49,152 nucleotides of DNA from Callorhinchus milii (Eukaryota): the NCBI RefSeq assembly GCF_018977255.1, contig NW_024705390.1, forward strand, positions 1-49,152. The letters are read 5' to 3'. A model generated the notes under the pieces. The model had not been told where the DNA came from. It did no database searches and was given only the letters and a program-made list of their open reading frames with translations. Position numbers and translations under genes: made by a program. Each line of letters begins with the position of its first letter. The first letter of the stretch is position 1. This document shows positions 10,491-21,602 of this stretch, piece by piece.

Positions 10491-11110
10491 CCAGTCTGGT
10501 TTTCACGGTGACGGCCGACAGCACAGAGACAGCACTCATCAAATTAACAAATGGCGTCCTCTCTCTCTCTCTCTGTGACCAGCGCTCCCACTCCCTCCTC
10601 GACCTCCTCGACCTCTCCCCCACGTTCAACACAGTCGACCACTCCATCCTCCTCCACCGCCTCTCCTCCCTCACCCTCCTCAGTGGGACCGCACTCACAT
10701 GGTTCCAGTCCTACTGACTAACTGCCAACACCACATCTCGGCAAAGGGTCTCTCCCTCCCGCCCACACCCGGGCACCTGCGGGTACCCCAAGGCTCCATC
10801 TTCTTTTGTCATCTACATGTCCCTAACTATCTGACCTGCTGACCCCCCACTCCACCGCCCGCTGCCGCTGCTCGGCTGCCTCCGGCCTCCGGTTTGTCCC
10901 TCACCCCCTCCGCTCCACCATCGGAGCTTTCAGTCACTACACCCCGAAGCTCTCCCCTCAATCCCTGTGCCTTTCCCCCTCCCTCCCCACTCTCAAATCC
11001 GGCCTCAAGACCATCCTTTTTGATGGGGCTTACGGTCTCCTTCCCCCTCCCTCTCCCCCTGCCTCGGGGTCAGACTCCACCACTGTCAAGCGCTCCGGGA
11101 CACCACCCCA
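10490..11110 (+). mobile_element. L2 LINE fragments (RT N-terminal part and 3' end)
   Basis: LQSGF...[11 protein letters not shown]....[20 protein letters not shown].....[10 protein letters not shown] is the L2 RT motif. The inverted paralogue lies at about 23850-24460 and 33930-34190. Confidence 0.8.
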
Positions 11111-11789
11111 CGTCAACAACAACAACAACATTACATGTGTACAGTGCCTTTCACGTCGGGAGGACGTCCCAAGGCACTGGACGGTCACAGCATTTCAGAC
11201 CTGAGCTGCGGTCAGTGAGGGAGAAGGGGGGAGACTGATGGCAACTCAGGGGGAGGGGGTTAGAGCGCAGGGGGGAGGGGGTTACAGCTCAGGGGAGGGG
11301 GGGTTACAGCTCGGAGTGGGGGGGGGATTACGGCTCCGTTGGTAATCACAGACCTCAGGCCCTCCCTCCGCTCAGCCAAGACCCCAAGTCAAGAGTCAGG
11401 GTCTTGACGTGGCCTTGAAAGAGGGGCGGGAGGGAGGCAGCGAGGCGGAGGGACTCCAGGAATGAGGTACAGAGAGCGGGCGGGGGGGGGGGAGGGGGCA
11501 AAACACAATGGCGGTTGGTGGTGGGTGGGGCAGACGGGGTGTGAGTGAGTGGGGGGACATGAAGCCGGGGGCAGGTGGGGAGATGGCAGAGGGCGGTTGG
11601 AGGAGGAGAGGGTGGGGGAGGGGAATCTCTCTCCGGGCCGGATCAGGCCCGCGGGCCGACAGTTGGCCCAGCCTGGCTTCAGGAGCAGTGGGAAGACAAC
11701 TAAACTGTGTGGAGCCGCTCCTCACTGGTCACTGGGGAAAGAGCCGCTTTGCTGTGAGGAAACTGCTGATGGTGTGTGAGAGGGTCAAG

Positions 11790-12215
11790 TGACGGCCCCC
11801 AACGGCTCCCGCCCGCGCTCAGACCACGTGACGGCCCCCAACGGCTCCCGCCCGCGCTCAGACCACGTGACGCCCCCCAACGGCTCCCGCCCGCGCTCAG
11901 ACCACGTGCTCCTCCCCAACTCCCGCTCCCGATTGGCTGGACTCAGACCCACGTGACGCTGCTGCTGCCCAACGGCTCCCGCTCGAGGCTGCGCTCGGCG
12001 CTCAGTGGCAGTTGGAGCCGATCACGTGCCGCCCCCGAGCTGGAGAGGCGGGAAAAAGGCCCCGAGATCCCGACTGTGTCCCCGACATGTGGCGGTGATT
12101 GGACGGACGATCGATGATCAAGCAGTAGCCCCGCCCCCCGCCGGCAGGATGGGCGGAGCATTTGTTATACAGTGAACAACAGGTACAGCCTCGCGGTGGC
12201 ACAGCGGCGGGAAGG
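11790..12215. promoter_or_regulatory. CpG-island-like module with 39-bp E-box (GTCACGTGG) repeats and CCAAT boxes
   Basis: High CpG density, CACGTG in each of three 39-bp units plus two more, and ATTGG at two sites. Inverted paralogues at 22810-23260 and 33540-33925. No downstream coding exon was identified. Confidence 0.5.
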
Positions 12216-12224
12216 AATGGCCTC

Positions 12225-12470
12225 TCTCTCGCTCCCTGCCCGGCCCCGCCCCTCGCTGCCCGGCCCCGCCCCTCGCTGCCCGCCCCGCCCCGCCCCCGCC
12301 CCTCGCTGCCCGGCCCCGCCCCTCGCTGTCCGGCCCCGCCCCTCGCTGCCCGGCCCCGCCCCTCGCTGCCCGGCCCCGCCCCTCGCTGCCCGGCCCCGCC
12401 CCTCGCTGCCCGGCCCCGCCCCTCGCTGCCCGGCCCCGCCCCTCGCTGCCCGGCCCCGCCCCTCGCTGTC
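12225..12470. repeat. 20-bp GC-box minisatellite (cctcgctgcccggccccgcc)
   Basis: Each unit contains GGGGCGGGGC on the minus strand. Inverted paralogues at 13320-13575 and 22370-22810. Confidence 0.95.
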
Positions 12471-12524
12471 CGGCTCACTGTGTGACATGACAGGACACAG
12501 GAGGTGAGGAGGAGCCGCTCCCCT

Positions 12525-13105
12525 CCCCCAACACTGCCCCTCCAACACTGCCCCCCCAACACTGCCCCCCAAAAAACTGCCAACCCAACACTGCCCCCCA
12601 ACACTGCCCCCTCAACACTGCCCCCCCAACACTGCCCCCCAACACTGCCCCCAAAAAACTGCCAACCCAACACTGCCCCCCAACACTGCCCCCCCAACAC
12701 TGCCCCGCACCAACACTGCCACCCCCCAACACTGCCTCCCTCCAACACTGCCCCAACATTGACCCCCCCAACACTGACACTCCCGCAACACTGACCCCCC
12801 CCACACTGCCCCAACACTGCCCCCCACACTGCCCCCCAACACTGCCCCCACCCCAAGATTCCCTCCATCAACACTGCCCCCCCACACTGCCCCCCACACT
12901 GCAACCCCCACACTGCCCCCCCACACTGCCCCAACACTGCCCCAACACTGCCCCCCCACACTGCACCCACACACTGCCCCCCCACACTGCCCCCCCACAC
13001 ACTGCCCCCCACACACTGCCCCAACACTGCCCCTCCCCACACTGCCCCCCCAACACTGCCCCCCACCCCAACATTCCCTCCATCAACACTGCCCCCCACA
13101 CTGCA
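12525..13105. repeat. C-rich minisatellite (ccaacactgccccc variants) at the centre of the A/B head-to-head arrangement
   Basis: Directly visible. A related short array lies at 44490-44573. Confidence 0.9.
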
Positions 13106-13244
13106 ACCCACCCACCGCCCCCCTCCCCCGGTGAACGGTCCCCTCGTGGCGGCCACTCGCTGCGCGGGGGAGTGAGTGGGAGCAATGGCGGCCGTGGCGT
13201 TGCTGCTGTGTGTGTGACAGTGAGTCCCTGTGGAGCGGAGGGGA

Positions 13245-13269
13245 NNNNNNNNNNNNNNNNNNNNNNNNN
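13245..13269. other. Assembly gap (25 N)
   Basis: Run of N; there is also a single N at 43771. Confidence 1.
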
Positions 13270-13666
13270 AAGGGGAGCGGCTCCTCCTCACCTCCTGTGT
13301 CCTGTCACGTCACACAGTGACAGCGAGGGGCGGGGCCGGGCAGCGAGGGGCGGGGCCGGGCAGCGAGGGCGGGGGCCGGGCAGCGAGGGGCGGGGCCGGA
13401 GCAGCGAGGGGCGGGCCGGCAAGCGAAGGGCGGGGCCGGACAGCGAGGGGCGGGGCCGGGCAGCGAGGGGCGGGGCGGGGCAGCGAGGGGCGGGCCGGGC
13501 AGCCAGGGGCGGGGCCGGGCAGCGAGGGGCGGGGCCGGGCAGCCAGGGGCGGGGCCGGGCAGCGAGAGAGCGGGCCGGATCTGCTCCAATCTCCCCCTCC
13601 GCACCCCCCAAAATACACAGAATATACTATAACACACAGTGACAGTCAGAGTCTGGGGCCACTTAC

Positions 13667-13724
13667 TGTGGAGCGCACTGCACACAGGCAGGAGGGCAGC
13701 GAGAGCCATCACAAGGACCTTCAT
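13667..13724 (-). CDS. Class I leader exon ([19 protein letters not shown]), inverted relative to copy B
   Basis: 58-nt phase-1 exon with a GTAAGT donor, identical to the leaders of C (25597-25654) and D (35547-35604) but on the minus strand. Confidence 0.85.
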
Positions 13725-13844
13725 GGTCCTGTTGGATGGTCACTGCAATGTGCCCAACACTGGACCTCACACTGATGGTGTCCAACCGGACCTCAGCTCT
13801 GAGCCCTCCCTCTGATCTCACTCTGTGGCTGAGCTCACACTGAG

Positions 13845-13910
13845 CCAATGGGAGGATCTCGGGAGCTGCTCCCAACTTGTCTCCAGGTAAAAGGCCTGAA
13901 ATAGGTGACC
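13845..13910 (-). promoter_or_regulatory. Divergent S-X-Y promoter module inside the inverted block
   Basis: Reverse strand: cacctat (S-like), ccttttacctggagac (X1), X2 altered to gttggg, cccattgg (Y). Confidence 0.65.
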
Positions 13911-14649
13911 GTTTGGTGGTTTCTCCCTGATTGCAGCGGAGTTCCTTTTCTCAGTCTGTCACCATTCACTGACACTGTTCTCTTCCCTTCCGTGTGTACA
14001 CTGTGAGCTGTGCCCTGTGTGTACGCTGTGCCCTGTGCCCTGTGTGTACACTGTGAGCTGTGCCCTGTGTGTACACTGTGAGCTGTGCCCTGTGTGTACA
14101 CTGTGAGCTGTGCCCTGTGTGTACACTGTGAGCTGTGCCCTGTGTGTACACTGTGAGCTGTGCCCTGTGTGTACACTGTGAGCTGTGCCCTGTGTGTACG
14201 CTGTGCCCTGTGTGCACACTGTGCCCTGTGTGTACGCTGTGCCCTGTGTGTACGCTGTGCCCTGTGTGTACGCTGTGCCCTGTGTGTACGCTGTGCCCTG
14301 TGTGTACGCTGTGCCCTGTGTGTACGCTGTGCCGTGTGTACGCTGTGCCCTGTGTGTACGCTGTGCCGTGTGTACATTGATTCTGTTTGTTTGCTCTCTC
14401 CCCCCCTCCATACTCTCCCACCGCCTCACCCCTGCTCTCCCCCCTGTCCACACTCCCCCCACTCTCCCCGCCTGCTCTCCCCCCTCCCTGCTCTACTCGC
14501 TCCTGCTCTCCCCTCTCCTTGTGTGTACACTTAGTTTGTATGTGTTCAGTGTGCGCTACATGTGCAAAGTGTGTGCAAAGCGTGTGTACAGCATGTTCTC
14601 CATGTGAACTGTGACACATGTACAATCACTGTGTGTTTGTGTCTGACAG

Positions 14650-17600
14650 AGCCTGAGGTGTTGAGATGTTTTGTTACGCTGATATCGGAGGACAACAATT
14701 TTCCGGAGTATCTCGTTGCTGTGATGTTGGAGGATGTTCAGATCTATCACTATGAGAGCAACAGTCGGACAATTGTCATCCGGATTCCCAGTGTACAGAC
14801 GGCTGTTAATGATCATCACTTCAACATATATCTAGAAATATGGAAGTTAGTTCATACGACAATGAAGGAGAATATGCTGTATATGATGGAGAGCAGAAAT
14901 ATCACGAGCGGTGAGTGGTTTAATATTCCCTGTGAACATCCAGCACTGTTCACTGTGTGCGTGTGAGTGTGTGAGAGAGAGAATGTGTGTGTGTGTGAGT
15001 GTGAGACAGTCGGTGATGGACAGACACACTCTGCGCTGATCACAATGGCTGTCAATGGCTATTTCAGGGATTCACTATGTCCAGGTGTTGTCTGGCTGTG
15101 AGGTGAGGGAGGACGGCACTACAGACGGACACCTCACAGTCGCGTTCGATGGTGAAGATTTTCTCAGCTTTGACAAAAACGACCTGAGATGGATTTCTGC
15201 TGTTCCCGAGGCTCAGACCCTGAGACAGAAACTGGAAAATCAGACAGACATGAATAAGTATTTGAAACAGGACCTGGAGAATGATTGTCCGACTCGGATG
15301 GAGGAATACTATCAGCGTTCAAAATCCGCCTTCCAGAGACAGAGTGAGTGTGTGTTGTTACTAATATAAAATCACAGAATCATGTGGCAACTTGTGGCTG
15401 CGGATCACCAACCTTATTTGCCTCATTCCGTGCCTTACGCACACGTACTCCCAAACTGCCTTTGTCTGCACAGCATTTCTTGCTGTCCGATCGCTCCTGT
15501 TTCTGGAATCTTTATTCTCCCCAGTCCTCGCCAGGCGCCACTGCTCCCAGTCACCGAACAGATCAACTTCAAGATCCTCTCACTCGTTGTCAAATCACCT
15601 CCTGCCCTCGCGCCTCCCTATCTCTGTGATTTGCTTGTCCTCCACTCCACCACCCGCTGCCTCCGCTCGGCTGGCTCCAGCCTCCTGATTGTCCCTCGGC
15701 CCCTCCGCTCTGCCATGGGTTGCCGTGCCTTTGGATACCACACCCCGAAACTCTGGAACTCTCTACGCACCATCCCAGACTCACGTCTGCGGATGCAGAA
15801 ACGCCTGTCAAGCCCCCGATTAACAAATCACATATGACAACTGCATTTGGGATTCGATCATTCCCTATATGACCTTATTATATGGTTAAGCCTCGCTGTG
15901 TCAGGGTGGGCTCAGTGCTGAGCTGTGTGTGACTGTGCTCCCCTCCCCAGGCCGCCCTGACGTCTCAGTCAGTTACAGGAGGGACGTGGGGGGGAGAGCC
16001 CTTCTCTCCTGTCTTGTTACTGGCTTCTATCCGCGGCCCATCGAGGTGACCTGGACAAGGGACGGCAACACTGTCCACGAGGTGGAGTCCAGCGGTGTAT
16101 TACCCAACCACGACCACACCTTTCAGACAGTGAAGCAGATGGAGCTGGAGACGGGCTCCGCGGGGGAGCAGGGCTTCTCCTGTCTGGTGGAGCACAGCAG
16201 CCTCCAGGGGGTGTTGGAGGTGCCGTGGGGTAAGATCAACAACAACAACTCGGGGTTACACAGCAACCTCACACGGGGCAGCGTCTCGAGCACTTAACAG
16301 TGGTGGGGCTGACACAGGGGGAGGGGGAGGGGACCGTAAGCACAGTCAGAGAGGAAGGTCTTCAGGTGTGATGTGAAAATGGGGAAGGAGGGGGCAATGT
16401 GGAGGGATTGAGGGAAGGATTTGCAGAGTTTCAGACCGTAGTGGCTGTCAGCTCAGCCACTGATGGTGGAGCAGAAGGGACGAGGTATAAGCAGGAGGCC
16501 GGAGCCAACCGAGCGGAGGGGGCGGGTGGTGGAGTGAGGAGTAGGAAAGGTTGGGAAACTAAGGAGGTGTCGGGGACGTGTAGACAAGTGTGAGGAACTT
16601 GAAGTGGATGTGGTCTCTGATAGGGAGCCGGTGGCGCCTGGTGAGGGCCGGGGTGATGGGGGTGATGGGGGTGATGGGGGTGAGGTGTGTCGAGCGGGTG
16701 GTTATACGGGCGGTGGAGTTCTGGATTAGTTGGGGTCTGTGGATAGTGAGGTTGGGGAGACCAGAGAGGAGGGCATTGGAATAGTCAAGGTGGGAGGTGA
16801 CAAACACATGGACAAGGGTTTTGGTTGTGTTGGGTGTGAGGTAAGGTCGGAGGTGGGCAATGTGGAGGAAAGTGGTCCTGGTCAGGGACCGGATGTGGGG
16901 GAGGAAGGACAGCTGAGGGTCGAAGCTGATGCTCAGGTTATGTACAGGTTCAGTAAGTCTTAGGCAAAGGACAGGGAGGTTGAGGAGGTCAAAGCCACAG
17001 GAGACATACATGGGTCATCAGCATAAATAAGGTCACAGCGGGAAACAGGAATAACATGAGGTGTCAGTCTGTCTCCGGGAGATCTCTCTGTCTTCTCTAA
17101 ACAGCCGCCCATCGCCCCTTCTCATCCAACATTCTCTCATACTCCTCACCTCTCTCTCTTCCCATCCTCCAATACTCTGCAGATCTCTCTCTCTCACTTG
17201 TTGCTTTCTCTCTTCTCGCCCTCTGACCCTCTCCCTCTCTCAGACTCCGCTCCTCTCTCGCTCTCAGGACCTTAATGAAAGTTTGGTTGTTGTTCACTCC
17301 GAACAGATGGGAAAACAGGGAGAACTCCGGCCGGTTCCACTTCCTGGATCCTGGGCCTCATCATCGGGGCTTTGCTGGTGTCTGGGATTGTGGGGATTCT
17401 CTTCTGGAAAAGAAAACGAAAGAAAAAAGATGAATGGCACTGTCGCGGGAACCGATTATCAGAGAGAATCATAGAATTATACAGCACAGAAGGAGGCCAT
17501 TCAGCCCATCGTGTCTGTCTCTTTGAAAAGTGCGATACAAATCAACCCCACTCCCCCGCTCTCCCCCATAGCCCTGATCAACCCCACTCCCCCGCTCTCC

Positions 17601-20103
17601 CCCATAGCCCTGATCAACCCCACTCCCCCGCTCTCCCCCCATAGCCCTGATCAACCCCACTCCCCCGCTCTCTCCCCATAGCCCTGATCAACCCCACTCC
17701 CCGCTCTCCCCCATAGCCCTGATCAACTCCACTCCCCCGCTCGCCCCCCATAGCCCTGATCAACCCCACTCCCCGCGCTCTCCCCCCATAGCCCTGATCA
17801 ACCCCACTCCCCCGCTCTCCCCCCATAGCCTTGATCAGCTCCCAAAAGCCTTTCAGGCAACACATTCCAGATCCCAACAACTCGCGTCTGATAAAATGTC
17901 TCCTCCCCTCCCATCTGTTTCTTTTAACAACTATTTTGAATGGGAGTCCTGGGGTTACCGTCCCACCCGCCAGTGGGAATAGTGTCTCCTTGTTCCCCCT
18001 ATCGAATCCCCTCATCATTTTCAAAACTTCTGGAGTCTCCTCTGAACCTTCTCTGCTCCAAGGAGAACAATCCTCACGTCTGTGGCCTCTCCTGATAACT
18101 GAAGCCCTCATTCCTGGTGCCATCGTGGTCAATCTCCTTTGCACACTCTCCAATGCCTTGACATCAGTCCCAGAAGTGACCACAGTCTATAACTAACCCA
18201 AACCCTACAGTGTGGGGCCCAGAACTGAACACAGTCTGTGGCTGAGTCCTAACCAGTGTTTTATATTTATAATTATCACATCATTGGTCCTGTGGTTCAT
18301 TGACCCCCACACCTGTCACTGTCTGTCTGTGTTACTGAGTGTTGTGTGTGAGAGTGTGAGACCGGCTGTTGTCTGTATGTGTGAGATTGGGTTTTATATA
18401 TGTGTGTGTTGTCTCTGTGTGTGTAACTGACTGTTGTGTGTGTGTGTGTGTGTGTAACTGACTGTTGTGTGTGTGTGTGTTTGAGGACTGAACGAGCATC
18501 ACTGGGTCTGTGTGTAATTGACGTCTGTTTATTGACAGGACCCGGGACTCACCAGTACAGCCGTCCATCCAGTAAGTGAATAACAGTGCGGCTGTACACC
18601 GGGTCAGACTACACTCTGCAAGTGGACGTGTGTGACGTGTTCTCTGCTCACCTCACTGTCAAACCCTACAATGTACAGCAATTTCTGTCTGTCTGACTGA
18701 CTGTCTGACTGTAATGTACAGGCGTTTCCTGTCTGACTGTGACATACAGGCATTTTCCCTGTGACTGACTGACTGTAACATAGAGATATTGTCTCTCTGA
18801 CTCTGACTCCATCTTCTATCTGTTTCTGGTCACAGGTGTAGAAAGCGGCCAATCATCCAATGGTCAATTAACAGGTAAGAGCCGGTCAGCGCCACACGGC
18901 CTCTCGTGATCCCCAGTCACTAACCCGCTGTGAGGATCAGGACTGGGCTGTGACAGTGCCACTGGGGGAGTGGGGGAGTGAGTGAGGGAGTGAGGGACTG
19001 GGCTGTGACAGGGCCACTGGGGGAGTGGGGGAGTGAGTGAGGGAGTGAGGGACTGGGCTGTGACAGGGCCACTGGGGGAGTGGAATCCCCCCCCCGCGCT
19101 CACCGGGGACGTCCTTCCTGAGACCGGGAAGTGATCCCAGTGAAGCTCACAGGGTATTGGCCATCCAGTGCCCACTGGCACCGGGGCCCTGGCACTGAGC
19201 GGGTTACCACTGGCCACTGGGGAAGCCACGCGGCCCACTCGGCTCCTGTTATCCTGCGGCCAAAGCCCTGAGGGGTCGGGCAGTCCTCGCTGGACAAGCA
19301 GCGGGAAGCTGCCAGACAGGGCTCTCAGGGGGTCACACACACTCACTCACACACTCACACACTCACTCTCACACACACACTCACACTGAGACAGGGCTCT
19401 CAGGGGCTAAGCTGTGGGTTTAGTGGGTTAGACTCCAGCAGTTACCCCAACGCACACTCTGGGTCCCCTCCAAACCACACTCACTCACACACTCACACGC
19501 ACTCTCTGGGTCCCCCCCAAACCACTCACACTCACACACACTCACACACTCACACACACACTCGGGGTCCCCCCCAAACCACTCACACACTCACTCACAC
19601 ACACACACACTCGGGGTCCCCAAGCCTTGGCTCTGGCCAACCCTCTCCAGGGTCAGGTAACCACCATGTGTCCTGCACAGAGAGAGAGAGCACTCCATCC
19701 CAGACACGGGGAGAGATCCGTGTGGAGGTGACATACACACGTGTGACTCTCAGGCCTGGTTTGGGGACTGTTAAGCACAGTGATGGTTTCCACGTGTGTC
19801 AGACACGCGGCTGATCACAGTGATGGTTTCCACGTGTGTCAGACACGCGGCTGATCACAGTGATGGTTTCCACGTGTGTCAGACATGCGGCTGATCACAG
19901 TGATGGTTTCCACGTGTGTCAGACACGCGGCTGATCACAGTGATTGTTTCCACGTGTGTCAGACACGCGGCTGATCACAGTCCGTTGTCTCTGTGTGTGA
20001 CCCGGTGATTGGGGACTTAATGACCGTCACTGGTCTCTGTTTGTGAGTGACCTCTGTTTGATTACAGAACCTGGGAGTCTCCAGTCCCACCGTCCATCAG
20101 TCA
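14650..20103 (+). pseudogene. MHC class I-like heavy chain, copy B (leaderless as assembled). Exons: alpha1 14650-14910, alpha2 15068-15343, alpha3 15951-16229, TM 17307-17429 (donor GT>AT), cyt1 18539-18571, cyt2 18836-18874, cyt3 20068-20103, probable last exon from 20405
   Basis: The alpha1-alpha3 reading frames are open with class I motifs. The leader and promoter are inverted and the TM donor is mutated, so functional status is uncertain. Confidence 0.75.
15368..15867 (+). mobile_element. About 500-bp segment containing a decayed L2 3' fragment, present only in intron 3 of copy B
   Basis: Other copies read actaatat-ggcc with a 104-nt intron; B has 500 extra nt bounded by ATAT. It translates to L2-like LPVTEQINFKILSL..LAPPYLCDLL..LRSAGSSLLIVPR..PKLWNSL. 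Confidence 0.75.
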
Positions 20104-20479
20104 GTGAGTAACAGTGAGGCTGAACACGTACCAATGGACATGAACTCAGTGTCTGTGTGACTGTGACGTGTTCCGTGTTCACTTGTATTTCAGAACTCTG
20201 GGATCACAGGTGTTTTGTGACTAACTCCTATGTATAGGCACTGACTGTACTGATGTACAGGAGTTTACTGTGTCTGTTATGTACAGTCGCTTCCTAACCA
20301 ACAGTATTTTACTCTCCAGTTGTCGCCCCTGATTTACCTGTTTCATTAGTATCTGATCAGTAACGTGTGTAATACATACACCCGGTCTCCGGCTTTGTGT
20401 CCAGAGGAGCGGAGCACAAACATACAGAAACCTGTGACTTTTATATTAACAAGAAACTGTGAACTTTATATACACACAC

Positions 20480-20975
20480 GAGCTGTGTAGCTGTGGCTGT
20501 AGCTGTGATTGTAGCTGTGGCTGTTGCTGTTGCTGTGGCTGTAGCTGTGTCTGTAGCTGTGGCTGTGTCTGTAGCTGTGTCTGTAGCTGTGGCTGTAACT
20601 GTGGCTGTGGCTGTGGCTGTGGCTATGGCTGTGGCTGTAGTTGTGGCTGTGGCTGTGGCTGTAGCTGTGTCTGTGGCTGTGGCTGTGCCTGTGGCTATGG
20701 CTGTAGCTGTGGCTATGGCTGTAGCTGTGGCTGTGGCTATGGCTGTGGCTGTGGCTGTAGCTGTGGCTATGGCTGTAGCTGTGTCTGTAGCTGTGGCTAT
20801 GGCTGTAGCTGTGGCTCTGGCTATGGCTGTGGCTGTGGCTATGGCTGTGGCTGTGGCTGTGGCTATGGCTGTAGTTGTGTCTGTGGCTGTGGCTGTGGCT
20901 GTGCCTGTGGCTATGGCTGTAGCTGTGGCTATGGCTGTAGCTGTGGCTGTGGCTGTAGCTGTGGCTGTTGCTGTT
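20480..20975. repeat. Hexanucleotide microsatellite (GCTGTG/GCTGTA/GCTATG)n in the probable 3' UTR of copy B
   Basis: Directly visible; absent from copy C. Confidence 0.95.
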
Positions 20976-21539
20976 AAGTTTCCAACCAAAGGATCCGATG
21001 TGAAATGTGGATTTCAGTATTAAACACTCACAAACCATTTAAAGTGCCACAAACACTGTGTTCACCTTCAGCCAAACTGCCCGACATTTAAACAAGAGTG
21101 TGTTCAGGTCACAGCTCAATGTGCCCTCTCCAAGAAATATGCCCACGACACTCCCCTCTTCTGAGACTTTTCTGATGAGGTACAAATGATGTCTCTCTAT
21201 TAATCGGTGATCGTGTGTCAAACGGAGAGAACTATTACATTTATATGAGAACAGAATATGCAAAAACAGAGACTGTTTCATATCTAAAGAAGAAAAGTGT
21301 GACTTTTATATCAAATGGAGAGAAATGTTGTATTAATATAAAGACAGAGAATGTTTCATGTACAGTGTATATAACCGATTAGATTTATTTGTAGCATTAA
21401 AGGAATGTGTGTGATGTGTAACACGGCTGTACAGGAAGGTTGTGTCACCTGTAACCAGTCTGTGTAACAGCAGCTCATGTGTGTTCTGCGCTGTGATTCA
21501 CAGAACATTTATTCTTTGTGAGTTTCAGCAACAAATCAA

Positions 21540-21545
21540 AATAAA
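21540..21545 (+). terminator. Probable polyadenylation signal AATAAA of copy B (paralogues 32931-32936 in C and 44372-44377 in D)
   Basis: AATAAA lies in a block conserved even in the otherwise diverged D 3' region (atttattctttgt...aatcaaaataaactg...attaatatt.gagc.aaat). Confidence 0.6.
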
Positions 21546-21602
21546 CTGTGACACAAACGGCCAATTAATATTGGAGCCAAATCCATCATTATAAACACAT
21601 GG

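Noticed and set aside
12002-13642. Gly/Arg/Pro-rich ORFs up to 429 aa
   Set aside because: They derive from GC-box and C-rich tandem repeats and run through an N gap.
13580-14375. RAG recombination signals explaining the inversion (many CACAGTG heptamers)
   Set aside because: The heptamers come from the repeats. I found no ACAAAAACC-like nonamer at 12 or 23 spacing and none at the breakpoints.
20441-21038. Cys/Gly-, His/Ser- and Ala/Thr-rich ORFs resembling metallothionein, keratin-associated or antifreeze proteins
   Set aside because: Pure hexanucleotide microsatellite with no splice or promoter context, absent from the sister copy.
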